Source: Tricharina praecox
Lineage: Eukaryota
Direction: 5' to 3'
Assembly (NCBI RefSeq): GCF_024521635.1
Contig: NW_026250416.1
Coordinates: 496,001-560,000, forward strand
DNA: 64,000 nucleotides
The position numbers and the translations under genes were made by a program. Within the stretch, counting starts at the first letter, position 1. Every line of letters starts with the position of its first letter. Shown here in pieces: positions 1 through 12,971 of the stretch. Under the pieces are notes generated by a model. That model was not told the origin of the DNA. It worked only from the letters and a program-made list of their open reading frames with translations, and searched no databases.

Positions 1-58
1 AAATATAAAAAAACCGCCGCCAAAAAAAAGAACACTCGATGCATCGGGAATCCTGGCC

Positions 59-1588
59 TCAAAAGCCAATCTTTCTTCCTAGCCGCACCATGCCGATCCG
101 AACCCAGACGATGAAGCCCAGCCATCTCTTCTTCAGCCCCACACGCTTCCGATCACCGCCGCTGTGGGGGTGGTCGTTGGCCGGCTCGGGAATCGAGATA
201 CCCCACTTCTTGCCAGTGGCGTTCTCGCCACGAATGCTCATGGATTGAGCTTTCGTGGTGAGTTGCGGAGAGCCCCGACCAGTGTAAACCTCGTCATCGT
301 CGAGGAGATTGACGCGGTCCTTTTCCCGGTAACCGGGCTCCTCGACCTCGTCATCCCAGATAGTCCCGTTCGTTTGCGCGCTGGAACCGGAATTTCCGCG
401 AATGCGATACGAGCTCGAGGAATTCCTCCGATCGCCATCCTTGGCCTCGGACCTTCTGCGCTTCTTCTCCCTCTTCTCCTCCTTCTTCTCCTCCTTCGCT
501 TCCCATGCGATCCTGGCGGCCGTAACCGAGGCCGCGAACGTTGGCGACGCCTCGCGGCGCTTGTTCTCCTTCGAAGACACAAACTGGCGTCCTCGCGGCT
601 TCTTGGTGCACACGGTGTCGAGCGAGTCGGCGGGAGACGCCGGGGTAGTCGGAGACAAAGTGGTTTGCGAACAAGGCGTTTGCTCGGGAAGGTCGTCAAG
701 GCTGGGGGTGGTGGTTAATCGCGGAGTCGAACGGCCATCGTAGTGCGTGTCGATCGTCGTGACACCACGTGCAGCTGCGGACGCGGCACTTCGGCTGGAG
801 CCGGACAGTACTATGCGCCTGGTCGTCCACTCATCTTCAGACTCGGAGCTGGACTCATTGCTGGTTCCGTCGCGCGACAAGTCGGGTGTGTAAGCTCCTC
901 GGCGGGGAACCTGTCGCTTGGGGTGGGCGAAAGGCTGAGTCGGGTTGGCGCCCGCGACTAGCGGAGAGCTCGCACTCGTCGTCGAAAGAGTCGAGATTGT
1001 GCGTGTGTGCCGTTTACGAGGATGCTTGGGGAACGCGGTTTCCAACAGATCCTCGTCGATACCACTGGACTCGTAGCCCGGCGAATCGTAGATTCCAAGC
1101 CCAACACCTCCCGGCAATCCTCCATCCGATCGCGACAGATCCAACGAGTTGTTCCTGCTGACCGACACCTTCTTGAGCAAAGGCTTGATCTTGTTTTTCG
1201 ACTTGATGGGAGCTGCTTTGAACATGTCGACTGGCGGCGGCGACCCCGGTCCAGAGAAGAACCCCTCGTCAAACATCTCGTCTGGGATCTCCTCGGGTGT
1301 CTTGTGGCCCGAGCGCGCCCGCTTGTGCAAACGACCCGTAACGTACTGTGCAGCTGCCAAACCAGCGTTCACTCGAGGAGACGCCGACGCTACTGTGGAA
1401 ACGGAGGAAGCTCCGTTAGGCCAGTACGAGGTGTGTTGAGTCGAAGCGGACGAAGAGGTGTAATAACCGCCCGTCGAAGCCGACGAGCGAGGAGTAGCGT
1501 TGACTGTAGGCGAGGTCACTGAAGTCGGAGTTATGGCGTTCGGATGCCGTGGGGGGTGGTAGTTGTGTATCGGTATCGCAGAAGTCAT
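59..1588 (-). CDS. Fungal hypothetical protein, 509 aa, Ser/Thr/Pro-rich and largely disordered, with a charged coiled-coil patch and a basic-aromatic amphipathic C-terminal helix
   Basis: Uninterrupted 509-codon ATG-to-TGA ORF. Contains KIKPLLKK, the charged EAKEEKKEEKREKKRRR segment and the terminal KKRWLGFIVWVRIGMVRLGRKIGF. Preceded by an AUG-free leader. No catalytic motif recognised. Confidence 0.85.
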   Translation of the reverse strand: MTSAIPIHNYHPPRHPNAITPTSVTSPTVNATPRSSASTGGYYTSSSASTQHTSYWPNGASSVSTVASASPRVNAGLAAAQYVTGRLHKRARSGHKTPEEIPDEMFDEGFFSGPGSPPPVDMFKAAPIKSKNKIKPLLKKVSVSRNNSLDLSRSDGGLPGGVGLGIYDSPGYESSGIDEDLLETAFPKHPRKRHTRTISTLSTTSASSPLVAGANPTQPFAHPKRQVPRRGAYTPDLSRDGTSNESSSESEDEWTTRRIVLSGSSRSAASAAARGVTTIDTHYDGRSTPRLTTTPSLDDLPEQTPCSQTTLSPTTPASPADSLDTVCTKKPRGRQFVSSKENKRREASPTFAASVTAARIAWEAKEEKKEEKREKKRRRSEAKDGDRRNSSSSYRIRGNSGSSAQTNGTIWDDEVEEPGYREKDRVNLLDDDEVYTGRGSPQLTTKAQSMSIRGENATGKKWGISIPEPANDHPHSGGDRKRVGLKKRWLGFIVWVRIGMVRLGRKIGF

Positions 1589-2712
1589 TGTAGGGGGGAG
1601 GGGTTGTGATTTTTGGTTGTGCGGGGGGGTGATGATGGTGGCGGCGGGGTGTGGATGCGAAGTACGCTTTGTCTAGCTGGTGGTCTACGCGGCGAAAGGT
1701 GGGGTTGGTGGAAGTAGAGTTGACGCGAGGGGGTAAGTTAACAAAGGTTGAGAAGAGGGGTGGTGGTGGAAGGTTTTGATCCCGTGGGTGGTAATGTTGA
1801 GGCGGAGTAAGGTAGGGATTCCGTTGATGATGTGAATGATGATGAAGTGGAAGGCGTTCGACCAGACAGCCAAGGCGATATGGTGACGACGAATAGGCGG
1901 AATATTCTCAACCTTGGATCGTCCGTTGTTTTTTTATTTGCCGGGAAGCACCCTAAGAGAGAAGTACCTGCTTTTGCGTCGTCGATCCCCGCACTTTGAG
2001 ATGGAGGGGGGAGAGCCTATGCGATGGCAGCGACGAGGTAGAATGTAACGAGTACGGTTGTGGTGGGGGAAGGTAGTGGTGGTAGTAGAGTAGTGACCTC
2101 GACGACGTGACTTGGAGTCTGCTTTCTTGCTCGTGGCAACGGGGGAAGCGACAGTGAAAGCGTCGCGAATAAATTCACAATAATCGATACCTGGAAAATG
2201 TGATGGTCGAGTAAGAAACTGATGCTCCCAGCGAACAAACGAACAGCAGCAGCAACAGCAGCAACAGCAACAACCCGTGATGTAACAACACACACACTCG
2301 GATAGTGAAGATATAGAGAGTGTATGAGTGAGTGAGAGTGAGAGTGAGAGTGAGAGAGGGGAACACGAAGACAATGGTGATAGTGATAGTGATAGTGTAG
2401 AAGGAGGTGGCGGGTGTGGGTAGATACAAGTAGGGTACTCCAACACATGAGCTGGGTGGATGTGCTCCCGGGTTGTTTAAAACAAAAAAACAAAAAGGGA
2501 GAAAGAGAGGCTCACGGAAATGGTTTCATTCACTTTCAGACTCAGCACGCCCGGAACGGAAGTGGGACTGTCGAAGTGAAAGGGCCCTGCCTGTTTGTCT
2601 TGCTTCCGCCGAACTCTCGGGCCCGCGGTGATTTTATTGAAGGTAGTGGAAGGAAGTAGTAGGTATGAAGGTAGTACGGTAGCAAGGTGAAGGTAAAAGT
2701 AGTAGTAGTTGG

Positions 2713-2788
2713 CACTCTGGGGTGCTCTGGGTACTCTAGGTGTGGTCTGGGTACGGGTACTCTAGGTACTTTGGGGACTCTGGGTACT
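2713..2788. repeat. Degenerate 9-bp tandem array (GTACTCTRG-like), about 7-8 units
   Basis: cactctggg gtgctctgg gtactctag gtgtggtctgg gtacgg gtactctag gtactttgg ggactctgg gtact. Confidence 0.7.
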
Positions 2789-5700
2789 AAGGCGAGTTAA
2801 TCACACACACACTCACACGCACATGCACACCGTCTCTCCGTCAGCGGTCGTCCGTCCTCGTCCTCGCCCTTGGTCCCTCTCGTAAGTTTTACGAGGCCCC
2901 CCCGACCGACAGCCCGTTCCGTATCGAGTCAAGGTTCCCACGATTTGAATTTGATGGATTTTGCGGAGATGGGTGTTGGTTCTGGTGCTGGTTCTGGAGC
3001 TGGGCGGGTGGGATTGGCTGGGCGGACCGGGGTATGGGAGAAGGTGTGTGTGTGCTTTGTTCCTTTGCTGGCAGGGGTTTAATTTCTATTCGGATCGTGG
3101 CGCGCCCGGATCTCAGCCACGCTTCTGGGAGGAGCAGGAGCCTGCAATGATGATGGCGGGCTTGTCCAGGAGAGTCCTTTTTTCCTTTTTATTTTTTCTA
3201 TCGAGGGACAGACTTTTGGCCACCAGAGCTGAACTTAATCTGACCACGACACGCACAAGCGTGAGCTGAAATATTCCCCATGATTCGGAAGTCCCGATGG
3301 GCGGGGAACTGGCTGCCATGATAACGATGACGGAGGGGGGGGGAGAGAGGCAAAGTGCAGACGGACAGGAAGAAAGAAAGAAGCCATGAAAGAGGGGAGA
3401 ATGATGAGGAGTGGAGGGGAGAGAGAAGGGAAGAGGGGTGCACCGACCGCTGGCAGAATCCGCACGCCAAAAAAACAAAAACCAATCTAAATGTCGTCGA
3501 ACGAGAGTGGGAAAGATGATAGCAGTAGCAGTGGTAGTGTACTCTAGAGTATCCGGCTGCTCTGCGGTCTACTTCGGATCCAAGTAGCCGTCGCTGTTCT
3601 GGGTTACCTCTGTACCTACACCCAGGTTTCCGGAAATCAAGGGCTCGAATTGGTGAGAGTTCCTATTCCGATATGAGTACCGAGTCCGATTTGACGGTTC
3701 GCGTCCGGGCTGGGGCTGGGTTGAAGGGCTGGGGTCGTTGGGGTTCGTAGAAGGTCGTAAAGGTCGTAAAGGTCGTAGAAGGCACTCTAGGTTGAGGGGC
3801 GGAGGGGGGCGTGTCGAGATGAGTGGGCTGAACGAGAAGGCGCCGGGATAGCAAAAGCCCCGCCTTTCTGATCTGCGGTGGTGGTTGTTGATGCGTTGTT
3901 GAGGGATATGGCGATGATGGTGATGGTGGAGTGGTGGAGTTGTGGAGTGGTGGTTGTGATTGTTGGGGTGGAGGTGGAGGTGGTGGTGGTGGTGGTGGTG
4001 GTAGTGGTGGTGGTGGTGGTGGTTGTTGTTATTGTTAACGTTACAATAGCATTCCCAATACGCACCGATAAGGGATGGCGGGCGACAGATCGATCAGATG
4101 TATTCGGGTGAAAAGAGAGGAAGGGGAAAAGAAAGATGAGGCCGGTCGTGGTTACATATGGGTATCTAAGTGGGGACAAGTCTCGAGAGAAAGAGAGGGG
4201 ATTAGCGAAGAAGGACAACGCAGGCAAGAATAACCATGGAGACGGGCGCTCGCGCGATAGTTGCTCTCTTTCTCCGCTCTGCTCTCGTCGCCTCTCCTCT
4301 CCTCGCCGCCGCCGACTCCTCGTTACTCTCCAATCGAGTATGTTCTTGCCGCTCGCTCGCCGCAGTCCATACTTACGATGCAGTTGCTTCGTTCCGCAGC
4401 GGCATGGATCGCGAGTACCTAGAGTAGGGTCGGGAGACCTCTCACCTGCTCTAGTGAGGCCCCCCCGAACGCATGGGCACAGCACAGTACATACATTATG
4501 TACAATTCAGCACCGGCATCAGCAGCAGCAGCTGAGGCAAGCAAGCACGCAACCACAGCGACAGCGACAACACAGCTCGGGCACTCCAGGGCAAAATAGC
4601 AAAACAGCAAAACACATCAATTCATCGCAGCAGCCGCCGGTCGGAATCCTTCTGACTAATCAGAGCCGATGAGCGGATGCCGCGTGCGTGATGCTAATGC
4701 TTGTGCTAATGCTAATGATAGTATTGGTGGTGGTGCTTGTTTGCCTCAGCAGTCCGCCTCCTCCTCGGCACGCCGCCGCCCGGTCCTGTCGCTGGTGTTT
4801 GTTTTGGCCCCGGGGCGTTCGCTGTCACTGCTGTGTCTGCCGTGTCTTTCCTGTCCTTCATGTCTCTCATGCCATTGCGGCGAATGCCAATTCGCAGCGC
4901 GGGAGTTTGCCCATTCGTTCGAACTTCGGCCGCTGGGCTGCGGACAATTGGGGAGATGTCGTTGGACATGTTCCGCAGCGACGACGCCGGTATGTGTGTA
5001 GAGTACGCAGGTAAGGTAACCATGATACGGTATGTATCGTATGTACCGGCTGTTCGGACGTTCGAGAGAAAGAGAGACAGGCAGACGGGGTTTGATACAT
5101 TACTAACTATTACCATAGTACTCGACGGTATCCTCCAGAGTCCAAAGTCCACATGAAGAGAAAAGCCCAAGGAAAAAAACCGGTGGGGATGGGGGAATGG
5201 AGATGGAAAAATAAAAACCCCCGTTACTTTTCTTCTTTTTTCTTTTTTTCTTTTCTGCTGCTGCTGCTGCTGCTGCTGGCCGCTCTGATTCTGCTCCGAA
5301 CCACACCCATCAAATCGTCTCGCTGATGAGTTTTTTTTTTATCTGCAGAGACTCTCACATCCCCCTCCCTCCAGTGCCTCCACCCCCGAATCCAGTAAGT
5401 GGGGGTCGATTCGGCACAGAGGGGGGATGTGTTGATTGGGGGGAGGGGGGCGTGATGAACCAGCACCAAGCACCAGCACAAGCACCAGCACCAAGCACCA
5501 GCAGCTGGCAGCTACTGCAAGGTCCCGCAGAACAGACACACGAGACAGACAGAGAGACAGCCACACCACCACTTCACGGTCCACCACCACCACCAGCAAC
5601 AAGGAGAATCACCAGGCCGGGCCACCACCACACTCACACTCACACTCACGCTTCCCCCGGAACATATCACGGTTCGACGGTTCGAGGGGAGTTGGGAGTT

Positions 5701-7877
5701 GGGAGTTGGGAGTTAGGAGCTCGGTGTAGTGTGCATCGTCGTTCAACTCGCACTCGTGCCTTTGTAGAGGGTACTCGTCCTAGGAGACGTTGCCAACGCT
5801 TCGCTACACCTCACTTTCGCACTTCCACCGCCCCGCCGCGCCCCGCGCCGCCGCCCGCCCGCCGCCCGGCCATGTCTATGTATAATGGTATGGTGGCCGC
5901 CACCTACAAGAGGTAGCGTGACAGGGGGTATCGAGCTCGAAAACAGCCCCTCATCGCCAGCCGCAATTCCATCACCCAGAATAAAAAAAATTATTTTTCC
6001 TCTGCTATAGGATAGAGGAACATGTGTAGAACACCGCTACAGAGCCTGATTTTAATTTGGTGTGGTGGTGGTGGAGTAATTACGCTTTGAAAAATTCAAC
6101 TTTTGTTAGGCGGGGATATATTTGCGCTGCATGCGCTAACGGTTTTGGTACGCATCTATACTCCATCAGGAAATACTAGTGATGATTTCATATGCTGACT
6201 AATACTCTTGGCATACCGCTATCTTCTATTGGATATTCGAGTGATATCCTGTGCTTCCTTGCGTAGAAGGCGCTACCTCTTTAAAGTGGCCGCCACTATA
6301 CGAGAGCAACAAACCCTTTGCTCGCTCGCTCGCTCTCACTCCCGACTCCCGAGCGCGGCACGGAGTGGGGCGGGGGCCAAACGCGTGGCAGAGCTGTGCT
6401 TTCGCCGAGCGCGCTAACCACTTAACGAGGCCCTCAAGTTCTATGGTAAGCCGCCTTGTCCTTGTCCTTGAAAACACGTCCGCTGTTACTGCTGCTGCTG
6501 CCGGCCGGCGGCCTGCGGCTGCTATCGAGCCTTGCACACCTTACGTTGCATTCCCTTCCGCCGCGTATGTATGGTACATACATGCTCTATGTGTGTATAT
6601 GTGTGTGTGTATCTATAGTACTCGACATACCTGCCAGTAGATACCCATAGAAGATATGATATGTACTCGCGAGTACGGTATGGTATGTATGATATGTACT
6701 GCCCACATACATAAATGCTCTCCATGCACGTTCATCTCCTACATACACAGAATATGTATGTGACGGGTTTTGCGTGGTTGCGTGGTTGCGTGCTTGTCTC
6801 GTAGAAGGAAGTCCACGAGAAAGGCCGAGCAGGCAGGCAGGCAGGCAAGTCAGAGCCCGACCGAAGGGGACCGTAGAGTAGCAACTGTAGCTAGGCTAGC
6901 AACCAGAGGCTAGAGTCGAACAACAACATCAGCATCAGCATCACAGCAGCAACAACACACCTCAGCGAACGGGTACCCTAACTACCCTAACCACCCCAAC
7001 TAACGTACTGGATCCTACCCGCACCGATCGGCCGGGGCAAGTAGAGGCGCGCGCGCCTATGTATGGTGATGGTGTATCTAGGCCCGTTCCGCACACGCTC
7101 CGCTTTCTCCGCACACACAGTCCGTCGCGCAGTCCGTCGCGCAGTCCGTCGCCCCGCCGGTGGTGGTGGTGGTTGAAGCTTCCCTTCCCTTCCCTTCCCT
7201 GCGCTTTTCTGCCCTGCCATGGACCGACTGCCATGGGCCATGGACTGCCAGATCGGTTGCAGACTTGCAGTTTCGGAAGCGAGCCGACCATCACCCGCCG
7301 AGCGAGCGGCACCACCGCACCACCGCACCACCGCACCACCGCATCCTCCAGGTTCGAAAGCTGGCGGGCGGATTGTGGGTTGTGGGAGAAAAGCATGACA
7401 TGACGTGAACACGTTTTTCCTTCTTCCTCTTGCTTGGCCTTCTTGTTCTGCTTGTTCTTCTCGAGCTTTTACTTCTTTCCACATCGCATCGCATCGCAAG
7501 AATCGCGATTCGAGCTCGATTGATTGATTCGACGATCGAAGCCACGAACCCTCCCTTCCCCTTCCCCGCTTTTATGTACCTCCCCCCACTCCCACTCCCA
7601 CTTTTCCACTTTCCACATGCCACATGCCACATGCCACATACATGCCAGCTTCCACCTGCCATCTGCCAGCTGTCTCATTCCCGTTCCATTCCCACGCCGC
7701 ACCATCCTTCCCTTCCTTCCCCCCCCCCATCCTTCCTTCATTCCCCCCACGATGCGAGCGAGGAGATTTCCAATTTGCTGGGTCCGGTGTATCGGTCTGT
7801 CAGTCTGCCAGTCGCTCGCTCGGTCGGTTGGGCGGGGGTCACCCTGAGCAGCGACGAGCATCACCCTGAGCAGCGAG

Positions 7878-7916
<39 letters not shown>
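7878..7916. repeat. (CAT)13 microsatellite
   Basis: Read directly from the sequence. Confidence 0.95.
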
Positions 7917-7918
<2 letters not shown>

Positions 7919-9049
7919 AGGTCAAGGTCAAGGAAAATAATCGCCGAGGAGCTGCCTAGGTAGGTTGGTAAAGTAGTCGCCGGAAGCTAGAAGCCGTCCA
8001 GAAGGAAATTTCGCGTTCCATTCCCGTTCCTTAATCCATTCCATCCATAATTCCGCTGCAATTCCGCTGCAATTCCGCTGCAATTTGCGTCAAGGACAGC
8101 ACACCTTCCGTGAGGGGAGAAGAGCAGAGCAAAGCAAAGGAGTGGGGGAGGGGGTGGGGTAGTTATGCTAGTTGGGACATAGAAGGAGGAGCGGGAGGAG
8201 GAAGGGAAGGGAAGGGAAGGAAATGCAATCATCCAAGATCCACGACACCCACGACACACACACATGTCACACACACACGCGGACGGGAGGGAGGAGGGAT
8301 TCTCGGGATTCGCAATTAAAACAATTGCAGATTGATTAGGTATCAAGAAGGTATGATTTCCATATGGAGATATATTTGTTTCCCGCTCGGTCCTCCGGTG
8401 GGCTTGGTGGGTGGGTGGCGATGATGGATGGAAGGAAGGATGTCCGCCCCCGGGGAGGGAGGGGGTCCTTGAAGGATGTTGGCGCGGTCGCGGGTGGAGG
8501 AACTAACCGCAGTGAGAGAAAAAGGCAAAGCGTGAAGTGTGAAGTGTGAAGTGTGGTGAGGTGAGCGCTCTGCTCTGCTCTGAGGGTGGACGATAGTTAA
8601 TTAACCAGAGTAGAGTTAGTCTGGGTAGTCAACCCGCTCCTGTCCTGTCCTGTTCTGTTCGCGCGCCACTGCCAGCGAACACCTTTGGGAGGTCCGGGGG
8701 AGGCTTGTGCGTTCTTGCACTGGTCCTGGCACTGGTTTTGGCACTGGCACTGGTTCTCGCAATGGACCTCCTCCTCCTCCTCCTCTCGTTCGGGTTGGAT
8801 GGACAGTTTCGGAAGTGCCAAAGTGGCGATCGAGCTCCCTTCGCTCCCTCGCTCGCGAGAAAAAAAACACACGCATGCATACATACCTAGAGTAGAGTGC
8901 ATACGGTACCAAGAGTACTGTAAACAAGCCCGCGAATTCGAGCCCGAACCAGAATTGAACTGAACAGAACGGATCGCGAAATTTCCTTCCTTCCTTCCTC
9001 GTTCGCGCTCAATGCACGCTGAACTGAAGTGTGGGGTTCCCCCCAATCG

Positions 9050-9084
9050 CCCCCCCCCCCCCCCCCCCCCCCCCCCTCCCCCCC
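9050..9084. repeat. Poly-C tract (C27-T-C7)
   Basis: Read directly from the sequence. Confidence 0.95.
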
Positions 9085-10556
9085 ACACACACATACATAC
9101 AGGCGCCTGCACTGTGCATGCACGACAGCGACAGCGACCGCCGCCGTCGTTCCGTAGAGTACGGTACGGTATGGGAATAGGAATAGAAACATCAGTATGT
9201 AGAGTAGGTAGGCCGGTATTCCACGGTTGTTTCCGGGGAGGTTGGGGGGATGGGCAATGGGGGGATGATGGAGGGTTGTTGGTTGGTTGACTTGGTTGGT
9301 TGGTCGTTAAACGCCCAAACGTGCCCGGGGTGCGAGGGTGCGAGGGATGGGATGGGATCGATGGATTTAGATGTGGAGGTGGATGTGGATTTTGGGGGCG
9401 ACCGAACGTATCCGGCACATGGGCCCATGAAGGCGGGGGGTAGGAGCGAGGAGAGTATGTAAGGCTGAGAGAGTGCTGGTGGTGGACCGTGGTGGTTACT
9501 GTGTATAGTAGCTGTGTCTGTATACAGTGACGGCTGATGACGGCTGAGTGCTGGGTGCTGGGTGCTGGGTGCTGAGTTCTGTGCCGAGTGCTGTGCTGAA
9601 AATACCTCCCGCCCGCTTCCAGGCTTCCCCCCCCCCGCGTACTCCAGAGTAGAATGTGTAGAGTCGCGAGAGCGCTCGTCGCGAAAAGTGGCACGAGTAA
9701 GCGAGCCACCTCCTCCCTATGACCTGGGTATGATCGTGGATTCGTGGTATCATTATGATGTGATCTTTTTTTGTACTCCACCTAGGCATTCGACGGATCA
9801 TGGATTCATGGAAGAGAGCGGAAATCCTGCATGCAGTACCAGTGCGGTACGGTACGGTATCTAGAGTATGTACGACAGTGCGAGGGCTGATTGACGGCCA
9901 ATGACGCGAGCGGGAGGGAGCGGCGCGGGGAGGGGGAGGGGGGGAGGGGGTGATTGCCGCTGCATTCCGGAGATGAAGGATGGACTCGTCGGCTGTTTGT
10001 TTCGGCACGCGGCGGGGAGGGGGAGGCGTATCGCGTGGCATGGGAGGTCACTCGTGTAGGTACTTGCCCGGCACCGATAGACACTGGCCGAAGGTGAGCT
10101 GACCGACGTATGTACCGTCGCAAAGAAAGGAGTGATTGGAGTGCGCGCGTAAAGAAATGTGCAGGCCCGCGGTGTGGTCACTGGTTCCTGCGGGCCTGCG
10201 GCAATCTTCTGGAAACGCCGCGGCCCGCTTGTAGAGTATGAGTAGAAATGCATCGGCACTGGCGATGCAATGCAATGCTGTTTCGTGTAGTCTGAAACTT
10301 CTGAATGGGTGGAAACCGGTGGTTAACTACATGCGAGGATACCTATTAATATGCACTCGTCAACTCGCCTATTTGGTCTTCCATCTACATACACTTGGAA
10401 GTTGGAAGTTGGAAGTTGGCCCCGTGACTTGGAACTTGGAACTTGGAAGGCTATCGACTTTGGCGCAATCCTAGGTGGTTGGTTCATCGTATTGCATTCG
10501 GCCGTTCTCGATCACGACCAGCTGTACATACCTGGTACATACCTTATTGAGTAATG

Positions 10557-11112
10557 TACTAAAGCCGGAAGCCTTATGTAGGCCTTAATAAGCCTAAGAT
10601 ATAAAACAATCCTCGTATAAGCCAGCTCCTCCTCTTTCTAACAGTTCCTCTTCCTCTTTCGAACAGCTCCTCCTCTCGCTAATGGCTCCTCCTCTTCTTT
10701 TCCTCTTTCTCCTCTCCCTCCTCTTGCTGCTTGTGCCGTATCGACGGCGAGGAGCAGTAAGTTAGCAGGACGCAGTACTACTAATTCGCAGCGCAGCAAG
10801 GGCTACATCCAGGGCGAGGAGCAGTAGGGGTCATAGTATGGTGAGTGGGGGACGGTATGGGAATGGAGGAGGGCTGACTAGGGAGCGGGGAAGGAGAGTA
10901 GTTTAGGTATATAAGGGTACGGAACAAGTGATAGTCATAGTCAAGTGAAGAACATCGATAAGTGATACGCATTGCAAGAGATAAGGCTTGTCGCAGAAGA
11001 GATCATTAAGGAATCCTTATGAGTGTATAAGCCTTACTAACCCTTATTTGTCAAAATTCTTTACAGAGCCCATATGGAACCCTTATGAGCTTCTAAGGCG
11101 AACCGGCCAGTA
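10557..11112. mobile_element. Possible degenerate non-autonomous DNA transposon (TA-bounded, imperfect TIRs, CCTTA/TAAGG subterminal repeats)
   Basis: Left end TACTAAAGCCGGAAGCCTTATG resembles the reverse complement of the right end, TACTGGCCGGTTCGCCTTAGAAG. CCTTA/TAAG motifs cluster at both ends. No transposase ORF. Confidence 0.3.
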
Positions 11113-11425
11113 GGCGTTTCAGAAGGTTTACGAGTCAGAACTAATTTTCACTGCACTCGGGATTGTGGAAGCCATATTCAACAATATGAGCTGGAATTCG
11201 AAAACCCTGACTAAGCCTTCTTTTATGAAAATACTTGTTGGGGGAAAATACTATTATTAGTAAAATCTGCGCATGATTGTTGTGTCAAAATCGCCCTCAT
11301 ATATAGCTGCCATAAGGCTTTTGACTTTAGTACACGGCTCAATATGGTAGATCGACGTCTCCTGAGGCTTCACACCCCGAACGCGAATCCCTTGAGTCCA
11401 AAGCGGCCTGGTACAGAACAGAGCC

Positions 11426-11860
11426 CAGACGTAAACCGGAAGTATAAACAAAAGTATACCAGAACTATGTACTCTAGCTGGCACCTCGAGCTCCTTGCTC
11501 GACCAAGAGAAAGAGAACAGAATTGGTTGGCTGCAGGACGGGGCCATAGTTAGAGGTAAATTCCCAGTTCGCCTCCAAGTTCCCCTCGTCATTGTCTTTC
11601 GTTGGTTCGTCACATTGCATTCGATCGTTTCCAATGGTGGGAAAGCTATCAGACGTAAACTGGAAATATGTAAATCGGAATTACTCAAGCTGGCACGGCG
11701 GCACCTCCTTGCTCGACCAAGAGAACAAAGTTGGTTGGCTGCGTGACGGGGCAGGGGCCACAAAGGTAAATTCACAGTTCACCTTCCAAGTTTCCCCTCG
11801 CCATTGTCTTTTTGGGTTCGTCACATTGCATTCGACCGTTTCCAATCAGTGGTGGGAAAG
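11426..11860. repeat. Diverged tandem duplication, two units of about 210-224 bp (11426-11649, 11650-11860)
   Basis: Both units share, in the same order, cagacgtaaac, agctggcac, ctccttgctcgaccaagaga, ttggttggctgc, aggtaaattc, ggttcgtcacattgcattcga, cgtttccaat and tggtgggaaag. Confidence 0.9.
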
Positions 11861-12971
11861 TGCCTAGCTTTATTAGAGTGTGCTATTTACCGATTCCCGT
11901 CTCTCCCAGTCCTGTCGCGGTTTCTTCCCCGAGAAGGCAGTAGGCATTCCTTCGGCCCCGGAATCCCGGAGTGCCCTTAACCCCGGCTCCGCCCTCCCGC
12001 TGTCATCGACACTCGATAGTGCTGGCTCGTTTGAGGGTTGACTCTTGAGTGAGCAGTGAAACGTGACCGAAAGATCCAGTGATACCAGAGTATATACCTT
12101 ATGTATTGTACATACCATTCCCCAAAATCTAGAGTAGAGTAGGGTACTAAACCCCACAACCACTGTCGTAAGCACTCTTCGGAGCCTCAGCCTTCAGGCG
12201 CTCGCTGATGTTTCCCCACCCATCAACCCTATCCGACGTGACGGACTGGGAGTCTGGGAACCCGCTCGCTCCCTGTAGGCTGCAGAGTACAGTCCATCTG
12301 ACATGGCGTGATGGAGCGGCAATGAAGCTTGCACTGCTGTGCGTGCGTGCGTAGGTACGTACGTAGGACCAGAGCACGCGGCCATCGGTGTAAGCTCAAG
12401 CTTTGTCCGTCCCGAAGTCGTCATCCTTCGCGCGCCTCCCCCAATCAAAGCCTCGCCCTCACCCGTCGATATTCAATTGCGTAATGCTCTGACATGGTGT
12501 GTCAAATTGACGTTTCCCCCATAAGACTCGTATTTCCATGTCTGTCCCTTTGATGCCTCGACGAAGGTGAGTATCAACAGCAAAAAAAGGAAAAAAGATC
12601 GAATAGGTCCTCCGCTTCCCAGTAAACTAGCAAGAAAGAAACACAGAAGCACGTACATACGCAAGCAAATCAAAATATAAAATGCTGTTACGAAAACAGG
12701 AAAAAACAAACACGTCTTCATCCCCACGAACAAATATATGACGAGTGACAATCTATGAAATCGCCCACAGCAAAGTGCACATCAACTCCAAAGAAAAATA
12801 ACACGGGAAGGGAATTGGAAACCAAACTTCAATCACAAGTTAAACGGAAATCGTTGGTAGAACTTCAATACTTCAATATTGACATGTAGCTTCGCCTTCC
12901 TTTTCTCCGATTTAACCTCCGTAGTGTCCCCGGCGCTGGGGAATCGAGCTGGCAGGCTCTATGACGACATT

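Noticed and set aside
3787-4672. Poly-Thr / poly-Val ORFs
   Set aside because: Derived from the (GGT)n tract, with no other coding evidence.
6178-6199. GTGATGA...CTGA resembling snoRNA C/D boxes
   Set aside because: The boxes are only ~10 nt apart, with no terminal stem or recognisable rRNA guide.
8597-9781. 394-aa minus-strand ORF
   Set aside because: Runs through poly-G and several simple repeats, with no domain-like sequence or codon bias.
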